Part shown: one piece after another, positions 57,708-64,000 of the stretch
Layout of the letters: each line of letters starts with the position of its first letter
Position numbering within the stretch: position 1 is the first letter of the stretch
Assembly (NCBI GenBank): GCA_022796875.1
Contig: JAAWJJ010000002.1
Coordinates: 21,819-85,818 of the forward strand
Origin: Eubacterium sp.
Lineage (GTDB): Bacteria > Bacillota > Clostridia > Lachnospirales > Lachnospiraceae
Direction of reading: 5' to 3'
Length of the DNA stretch: 64,000 bases
Notes under the pieces: model-generated
Database searches by the model: none
Seen by the model: only the letters and a program-made list of their open reading frames with translations
What the model was told of the DNA's origin: nothing
Program-made: the position numbers and the translations under genes

Positions 57708-58148
57708 TTATTGCCCTTTTTCCATTCTGAAAACTATGATTCCAACAATTACGATCGCTGCTCCTATAATTTTTTTAATATCAAACGATGCCTTTTCCGC
57801 ACCAAACCAGCCGAACAATTCTATCAGATATGCCGAAATGATCTGTGCCGTCACAATAAGTATGATCGCTCCCGCCGGCCCTAACCTCTGCATGCCTTTC
57901 ATAACGGTAAACGTAATACCTGCGCCCAGTACACCGCTGAACAGCAAATATTTCGGCTCCACTTTTGTCAAATGGGCAAAAGAATTCCGCTCAAAAATCC
58001 CCCAAACGACAAAGCTGGTAGCCAACGCCGTCAACTGCGCCCACGTATTTGCCACCCATGTGCCTGTCGTTTTTGATATACTTGTATTGAATACTCCCTG
58101 CATACTCATTAAAATCCCGGAAATGACCGCAATGATAATTCCAACCAT
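57708..58148 (-). CDS. DMT-superfamily small transporter (YdcZ/DUF606-like)
   Basis: 146 aa with five hydrophobic helices. Confidence 0.55.
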   Translation of the reverse strand: MVGIIIAVISGILMSMQGVFNTSISKTTGTWVANTWAQLTALATSFVVWGIFERNSFAHLTKVEPKYLLFSGVLGAGITFTVMKGMQRLGPAGAIILIVTAQIISAYLIELFGWFGAEKASFDIKKIIGAAIVIVGIIVFRMEKGQ

Positions 58149-58291
58149 AAAATACCTCCCTTATTTCTTATTAAACAGTGTATCCTGTACGTCAGAATTT
58201 CATTCCTGCAAGAAAGAAAAGTTGTAAATTATTCTGCTTTTATAGAAAAATCATCATATATCCCAACCGGAACATATTCATCAAAAGAATA

Positions 58292-58588
58292 CTAATCCAT
58301 AGTTTCTTTTTCAAATCTGTATACTGTAACCATTTCCTTAACGGGATCAACAATCCAATATTTCCTTACATTTGCCGTCCAATATTTAAGCAGCTTTGTA
58401 AAATAATCCATCGGCTTATTTCCAGGGGATACAATCTCAATGACCCAGTCCGGCGCCCCGCTACATCCTTTCTCCGTAATCTTATTTTTATCGCAAATGA
58501 CCAAGATATCAGGTTCCGCATAGTTGCTATCACCTTCATTTAAAAATACGGCAAATGGCGCCGGAAATATTTCACATTCACCTCCCGA
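58292..58588 (-). pseudogene. Uma2-family (DUF820) endonuclease remnant, C-terminal part only
   Basis: The open frame reads ...APFAVFLNEGDSNYAEPDILVICDKNKITEKGCSGAPDWVIEIVSPGNKPMDYFTKLLKYW...YWIVDP. There is no N-terminal half and no credible start. An in-frame TAA lies at 58589-58591. Confidence 0.55.
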
Positions 58589-58670
58589 TTATGATAAACA
58601 ATCGTTCTGTATACCGGTACAACAAATACTAAATTGTGGTACCAATATACCATAGCTCAAAGTCAATTTT

Positions 58671-58713
58671 AAAAAGAAATGCCAAACCTCAGTAAAAATC
58701 AAGGTTTTGGCAC
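58671..58713 (-). terminator. rho-independent terminator downstream of tRNA-Ala
   Basis: Minus strand: GCCAAAACC-ttgatttttactga-GGTTTGGC followed by ATTTCTTTTT. Confidence 0.7.
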
Positions 58714-58724
58714 TTCTTTCATAA

Positions 58725-58797
58725 TGGAGATAGCGAGACTCGAACTCGTGACCTATACGTTGCGAACGTATCGCTCTCCCAACTGAGCTATATCCCC
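58725..58797 (-). tRNA. tRNA-Ala (anticodon CGC)
   Basis: Cloverleaf folded by hand: acceptor GGGGATA/TATCTCC with the G3-U70 alanine identity pair, D-arm GCTCAGTTGGGAGAGC, anticodon loop TTCGCAA, T-loop TTCGAGT. There is one A-C mismatch at 49-65. No CCA is encoded. Confidence 0.9.
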
Positions 58798-58863
58798 GTA
58801 ATTATGCTGCGTACACAGACGTAACGTGCCTGTGACACACAGCGACAATTTTCTTTTGTGCTT

Positions 58864-58891
58864 ATTATACCACTTCGCTGCCAGATTACAA
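58864..58891 (-). promoter_or_regulatory. candidate extended -10 promoter for tRNA-Ala
   Basis: Minus strand: TTGTAA - 16 nt - TGgTATAAT, about 60 nt upstream of the mature 5' end. Confidence 0.5.
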
Positions 58892-58944
58892 GTACTTTTT
58901 TTCCTTAACATAGGGCAATCGCTTAAAAATCGTTACTTTTCATG

Positions 58945-58989
58945 GGGCGGGACATATTTTTCTTCCTTTCCAGCCTTTCTGGTTTTCCT
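58945..58989 (+). repeat. 45-nt copy of an internal module of the 44620-45209 foldback element
   Basis: 41 of 45 positions are identical to 44796-44840 (GGGCGGGACATrTTTTTCTTCCT...CAGCCTTTCTGGTTTTCCT). Confidence 0.8.
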
Positions 58990-59363
58990 TTGCTGACAAC
59001 AGGGTTCACTCGAAGAAACTTTGTCAATGGTATTTTAGAAAAATGTATAAAGCTCAAAACAGCACGCCCTAATGTTATAATCAAGGTGTGCTGTTCATAA
59101 TGAACCAAAAAGGGGACGTCTGCCAGTCATAAAGCGAAACCAAACTGAAATACATTTTTCATAGATCTATTGAAAGCGAAACGCAAAAACCCGGTAAAGT
59201 ACACAACGTTGCCCGCGCACAAGTTCGCAAAATCAGGATTGAATTCTTTGTGGTGTCATGGTAATATATGGCAGGGGTAAGAATATGTTCATAATTATGG
59301 TATACTATGAAGAGGAATACTTCTCTTGCCCTACATCAAAAACAAATGAGAGGAAGATAATAC

Positions 59364-61314
59364 ATGAAGTCGATCAAATCAAAAATTCAGGTCAGTATGC
59401 TATCGGTGGTACTAATCGGCTCAGTGCTGATCGGTGTGATCACAGCCCTGCTGAACGCCGCCGGAATTGATGATGTTATGACAAAGACTCTGGGGCCCGC
59501 CACACAGATGGCTGCGGACGCGGTAGAATGGAAGATGGGAAACTACTGGACGGTGCTTCAGGAGGCCGCAGCCTCGGATATTTTCCGCGACTCTGACCCC
59601 ATGGCTCAGGAACTTGTGTCTGTCCGAGATGAAATTGCCCAGCGAAATGGATTTCTATACACGGGAAAAATGGATGCCAGCGGCTTTTCCTCCACAGGCT
59701 ACAACTATGCCGAGGAAGACTATTTTCAGCAGTGCAAAGACCACTATGCAGCCCTACATCTCCGATATCATGAACGACGGCCAGCAGATGATCTCCCTGC
59801 TGGAAGTCCCCATTATCACCGACGGCCGCTTTGACGGCATCGTTTACGGCGGAATCAGCGCGGATTTCCTGTCGGACATCGTGGTTAACCTGGCCATGGG
59901 CAACAATGGCGTGGCCTATGTGCTGGACCACCGCGGCAATGTTATCGGACATCGGGACGCCTCCATCGTGGAATCGGGTTCCAACATGATCGAAACCGCG
60001 AAAACAGACTCCAGCGTGGAAGATGTGGCCGCCGTGAATCAGCGTATGCTCCAGGGAGAAACCGGCTTCGGCTCTTACAATTTTTATGGCGATACTCCAC
60101 TTTTGATAGCCTTCGCTCCCATCGAAGGCTATCAAAAGTGGAGTATCGCCATCGAAACCAGCCAGAAAGAATTCAAGTCCTCCTTGGATCGCAGCCTTAT
60201 ACTGACGGTTCTGGTGGTGATTTTTGTGGTACTTGCCACTTTCCCTGTAGCGGTTAGGGTTGGCCGTTCCATCTCCGACCCCATCCAGTCCTGCGTCACC
60301 CGCCTGGAGAAGCTGGCGGATGGCGACCTGCGTTCGCCAACCCCGGAGGCACGCTCCAGGGACGAAACCGCCAAGCTAACAATGGCGCTGAACACAACAA
60401 TCCTCCGCCTGAACGACGTGTTGCAGGACGCGTCCCACCACCTGGGAAAAATGGCGCAGGGAGATTTCCGTGAGAATATTACCCGTACATACTGGGGAGA
60501 TTTCGTAACCATGGAACAGTCCATCAAGACGATCCACAATTCCCTGCAGCACACGCTCTCTCAAATCAGCCAATCCGCAGGATCTGTAGCCAGCAGCGCC
60601 GTTCAGGTGTCCAACGGCGCACAGTCCCTGAGCCAGGGAGCCACAGAGCAGACCAACGCCGTTCAGGAACTCTTCGTTACCGCTGCCAGCATCGCAGAGA
60701 ACGCAAACCAGACCGTTTCCGCTGCAGAGGAAGCGGGAAATTTTGTGACGCAGGTGGGAACACAGCTTGGGATCTGCGTGGACTATGTCAAGGAGCTGAA
60801 TACCGCGATGCAGAAAATCTCCGGTTCGTCCACGGAGATCAGCAAAATTATTGACACAATTGAAAACATCGCGTTTCAGACGAATATCCTGGCATTGAAT
60901 GCCGCTGTGGAGGCGGCCCGGGCGGGCAGCACAGGCAAGGGTTTTGCCGTAGTAGCCGATGAGGTGCGTAATCTGGCTTCCAGATCCAACGAGGCGGTCA
61001 AGGCGACCCAGGAACTGATTGAAGCTTCTATCGCCGCTGTTGAAGAGGGTAGCCAAATGTTTGAAAAAGTGACAGGATCTCTGGATAAAACTAATGCTAT
61101 TGCGGAAAACGTGATTGCCAAAATGAGCACAATGGTAGGAGCTGTGGGAGGACAGACCGCTGCGATCGCTCAGGTCACAGAGGGGATTGATCAAATATCC
61201 TCTATTGCTCAAAATACCTCGGCGACCTCGGAGCAAAGCGCCGCTACGGCGCAGGAACTGTCAGATCAGTCGCTGCGGATGAACGATCTGGTGCATAAAT
61301 TTCGATTGAATTAA
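59364..61314 (+). pseudogene. methyl-accepting chemotaxis protein (dCache-like sensor, TM, HAMP, MCP signalling domain) interrupted by a 1-nt frameshift
   Basis: Frame 1 (59364-59834) encodes the signal/TM region and sensor start up to ...[10 protein letters not shown]. The sequence continues logically in frame 2 (...[15 protein letters not shown]... to 61314) with HAMP and the conserved [20 protein letters not shown]. The shift must lie within 59733-59745. Confidence 0.75.
60086..60152. repeat. perfect 30-bp inverted repeat with 7-nt loop inside the MCP coding sequence
   Basis: 60086-60115 is the exact reverse complement of 60123-60152 (core GATACTCCACTTTTGATAGCCTTCG / CGAAGGCTATCAAAAGTGGAGTATC). 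Confidence 0.95.
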
Positions 61315-61404
61315 AGTTTCTCCGGCAGCGCTGAGGCACAAGAAGAGTGGAGAAAGAAAGGCAATAGACAGGGACATGTTTTTAAGGTAATGGCAAGCAA
61401 TGGG

Positions 61405-61451
61405 GCTGTCGCTTTAAGAAATAAAATTTCAAAGAGCGACAGCTTTATTTT
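61405..61451 (+). terminator. candidate terminator of the MCP gene
   Basis: GCTGTCGCT-21 nt-AGCGACAGC followed by TTTATTTT. Confidence 0.5.
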
Positions 61452-61580
61452 GGATTTTCTTACACTAATATCCAAGATGAATGGCTGGTTTATTTGTTAT
61501 TTTATAAAAAAGGTATACTTTAATAAGCCATCCTTAATGGCTCAAAATAATATTTTAAGATGTCTGAATTCAAGCACTTA

Positions 61581-61766
61581 TCAATGGAAATAAATGAGTT
61601 CCTGTCCTGCCTTTTTGTATTTTATTTCGGAAATATCGTTTCTATGAAGCTGCTTTTTTACGGCATGGTACTGTTTTTCAGTCTGAGGAATTACATCGCG
61701 CCGTCCAGTTTTTTGGAGCGCTTCAATACCCGCGCGATATCGCGTCCTACCGACGGTTTTCCCCAT
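61581..61766 (-). CDS. hypothetical small basic protein (61 aa)
   Basis: ATG follows AAGGAG by 6 nt and starts 9 nt after the stop of the upstream solute-binding gene. No recognisable family. Confidence 0.3.
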   Translation of the reverse strand: MGKTVGRTRYRAGIEALQKTGRRDVIPQTEKQYHAVKKQLHRNDISEIKYKKAGQELIYFH

Positions 61767-61777
61767 ATGCTGCTCCT

Positions 61778-62923
61778 TTACTCTTCCTGTGAATAGAGGC
61801 TGGTATGTTCCAGGAAATTCGTCTGCAAATAACTTAAGAAACTTTCTGCTTCCATTTCTGCCGGTTTGATATCGGAATGGTTCAACTGTTCATAAATCAG
61901 TTTTTCTTCTTCGCTTTCCAGCAGTTCCTCCCGAAGCGGCATCCCGGCGTTGGTATCGCGTAATATGCCGTCGTCTTCAAGCGCCGCGAAATCTGCAAAC
62001 GCTGCTGCTGCTTCCTTTTTTTCAGAATATGGATTTACCATTAACGTATCTACGACAGACATCGGAGAGGTCGGAATATCCTCCGCCAGCAGAGGAAGTT
62101 TCCAGATCTCGTATTCCCCCTGAAGCTGTTTGACGCTGTCAGAACGGATCAGCGCGCACATCGTAAGATCGTTGTTAAATGCCTCAATTACATCTTCCTG
62201 TGTATCTGCTTCCGATACGGCAGCCGTCTTCCACAAATTTCCCAGTACTTCGTACGACTTTGTGATTTCTTCCGATACGGTTTGCGAATACCCATTATTT
62301 CTTTTTTCTTCCAGGGAAATAAAATTACTGATAAAACAGTAGTTGGACAAAATATCGTTGACCTGCCAGGTAAACAATACTTCTTCCTCATTTTCAAATT
62401 CGTGTTCCGAGGCATACGCTGCCATATCCATCATTGTAGCCGGCGGCTGCTCAAAATAGCCGCTGTGGACTGCCAGCACAACTGTAGAAAAACTGAACGG
62501 GCTTCCGTACATAACGTCCTCGTACCTGGAAGCGGCAATTGCTTTTTCATTGACTCCTGCCTGCGTATAGGCCTGCTCATTCTCATTCTTTTCCACAATT
62601 CCGGCAAGCACGCATTTTTCAATCTGGTCTGTACTGCTTAAATAAACGTCCGGAAACTCCCCGTTTTCCATCGTCCTGTCATAAATATTTTCCAGATATT
62701 CCGGTTCTTCCTGCTTCTCTACCTGCACCTGTACCCCGGTCTTTTCATAATAATCTTTTGCGCACTGCACGAGAAACGCCGCATGTTTTTCATCCTGATA
62801 CCAGACTGTGATCAATTCCGCTTCTTTCACGGCTTCCTTTTTTTCCGCGCACCCTGCGCATACCGCAGCGATAAACAACACTGCAGCAAACATGGCTATG
62901 CCCCGTTTTTTTCCTTTTTTCAT
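61778..62923 (-). CDS. extracellular solute-binding lipoprotein (ABC SBP family 1-like), orphan
   Basis: MKKGKKRGIAMFAAVLFIAAVCAGC lipobox and ITVWYQDE... SBP-like N-domain. There are no adjacent permease or ATPase genes. Confidence 0.5.
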   Translation of the reverse strand: MKKGKKRGIAMFAAVLFIAAVCAGCAEKKEAVKEAELITVWYQDEKHAAFLVQCAKDYYEKTGVQVQVEKQEEPEYLENIYDRTMENGEFPDVYLSSTDQIEKCVLAGIVEKNENEQAYTQAGVNEKAIAASRYEDVMYGSPFSFSTVVLAVHSGYFEQPPATMMDMAAYASEHEFENEEEVLFTWQVNDILSNYCFISNFISLEEKRNNGYSQTVSEEITKSYEVLGNLWKTAAVSEADTQEDVIEAFNNDLTMCALIRSDSVKQLQGEYEIWKLPLLAEDIPTSPMSVVDTLMVNPYSEKKEAAAAFADFAALEDDGILRDTNAGMPLREELLESEEEKLIYEQLNHSDIKPAEMEAESFLSYLQTNFLEHTSLYSQEE

Positions 62924-62968
62924 TATTTTCACCTTATCGTAACCGTGCAAACTTTCATTATTTCCGCT

Positions 62969-64000
62969 TTATTGTAACCGTGCGAACGTCTTTTCCAGTT
63001 TTTCGGTCATTTCGTCTACATGCTCTGTTTCAATAATCAAAGGCGGTACAAAACGCAGCACATTGGTTCCTGCCGTAATCAGCACCAATCCTTCTTCCAG
63101 AGCCTTTGCCGCCACCTGTCCGACTGGAAGTTCACATTCCACGCCCTGGATCAGGCCGATTCCGCGGTGTGCCGTTAAAAAGTCATATTTTTCCACTAAT
63201 TTTTCCAGGCTTTCGTACAGGTATGCCCCTGTTTTCGCCGCATGCGCCGGCAGATTGTCCCGCTCCATGATCTCCAGCATTTTATCGACCGCCGCTCCGA
63301 CAAACGGATTGCCTCCGTAAGTCGTTCCGTGGTCTCCCGGAGCCAGAGATTTCCCGGCAACTTTTTCGGTCATGGCAAACGCGCCTACCGGCACACCGCC
63401 GCCCAACGCTTTCGCCATAGTTACAATGTCCGGCTTTACATCATAATTCATCCAGGCAAACATCTTACCGGTGCGCCCCATTCCGCACTGTATTTCATCC
63501 AGAATCAGCAAAATATCGTTTCGGTCGCAAAGATCGCGTATGCCTTTTAAAAACTCCGGTTCTGCCGGGTAAATACCGCCTTCCCCCTGCACGGTTTCCA
63601 TGATGACGGCGCAGGTTTTTTCCGTTACCAGTGCTTTTACGGATTCCAGGTCGTTGTATCCGGCAAATTTCACTCCCGGCATCAGCGGCGCAAACGGCGC
63701 CTGATATTTTTCATTTCCGGTAACGGACAGCGCGCCGATACTCCTGCCGTGGAAAGAATGTTTCATCGCAATGATCTCATGCCCGGCATGCCCGTCCCTC
63801 GTATACGCATACTTTTTTGCTGCTTTGACGGCGCCTTCGATCGCTTCCGTACCGCTGTTTGTAAAAAACACACGATCCATCCGGGAAGTTTTTACCAGCC
63901 TGGCTGCCGCCCTTTCCAATGGTTCTGAATAGTACAGATTGGAAATGTGGAGCAGTTTATCGATCTGGCTTTTTAATGCTTCCTTATATTCTTCGTGATC
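62969..64000 (-). CDS. argD: class-III PLP aminotransferase (acetylornithine aminotransferase-like), C-terminal part; 5' end beyond window
   Basis: FTNSGTEAIEGAVK, LILDEIQCGMGRTGKMFAW and TMAKALGGG (PLP Lys) motifs. The frame stays open upstream of the track start to position 64000 (...NLYYSEPLERAAARL). Confidence 0.8.
   Translation of the reverse strand, partial: DHEEYKEALKSQIDKLLHISNLYYSEPLERAAARLVKTSRMDRVFFTNSGTEAIEGAVKAAKKYAYTRDGHAGHEIIAMKHSFHGRSIGALSVTGNEKYQAPFAPLMPGVKFAGYNDLESVKALVTEKTCAVIMETVQGEGGIYPAEPEFLKGIRDLCDRNDILLILDEIQCGMGRTGKMFAWMNYDVKPDIVTMAKALGGGVPVGAFAMTEKVAGKSLAPGDHGTTYGGNPFVGAAVDKMLEIMERDNLPAHAAKTGAYLYESLEKLVEKYDFLTAHRGIGLIQGVECELPVGQVAAKALEEGLVLITAGTNVLRFVPPLIIETEHVDEMTEKLEKTFARLQ

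Overview
This looks like chromosomal core DNA from a spore-forming Clostridia (Lachnospiraceae-like) genome, judged from gene content. About 60 genes are present, almost all on the minus strand. The order follows the conserved Firmicute blocks known from Bacillus subtilis: comEA / comEC / holA / rpsT / gpr / spoIIP / lepA / hemW / hrcA-grpE-dnaK-dnaJ / prmA-rsmE / mtaB, then ireB-ruvX-DUF1292 / rnj / mltG-like-trmR-trhP(U32). spoIVA and the 5' part of addB sit at the left edge; a class-III aminotransferase (argD-like) runs off the right edge. Small lineage-specific insertions interrupt this backbone: a NUDIX, cytidylate-kinase-like and ArsB/NhaD block plus a decayed macro-domain gene between dnaJ and prmA; nifS-thiI-HPr-like; a 1349-aa hybrid PAS histidine kinase; an OmpR/HK/GerMN module; and a metabolic patch with malQ, a tandem class-II aldolase, a ClC channel, an ABC exporter, PAP2, a LUD protein, a lactonase, and a phloretin-hydrolase-like gene with LysR. 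I see no prophage, CRISPR array, intact IS element or recognisable defence island, and no convincing new multi-gene protein system. The most unusual signals are non-coding. (1) A 590-bp end-to-end foldback element, or large structured RNA candidate, lies between gpr and rpsT. (2) A roughly 175-nt structured repeat family bounded by terminal inverted repeats has one copy forming the whole 5' leader of a ClC(F-type-like) gene and one orphan copy plus a solo end upstream of the hrcA promoter. (3) Two LexA (Cheo-type) boxes bracket the promoter of the uncharacterised radical-SAM + DUF4130 'DNA repair' pair. (4) A perfect 30-bp inverted repeat sits inside a frameshifted chemoreceptor gene. (5) A 5S-rRNA-like fragment lies in the DUF1292-rnj spacer. 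All protein calls rest on motif and family recognition by eye from the translations. No searches were run.
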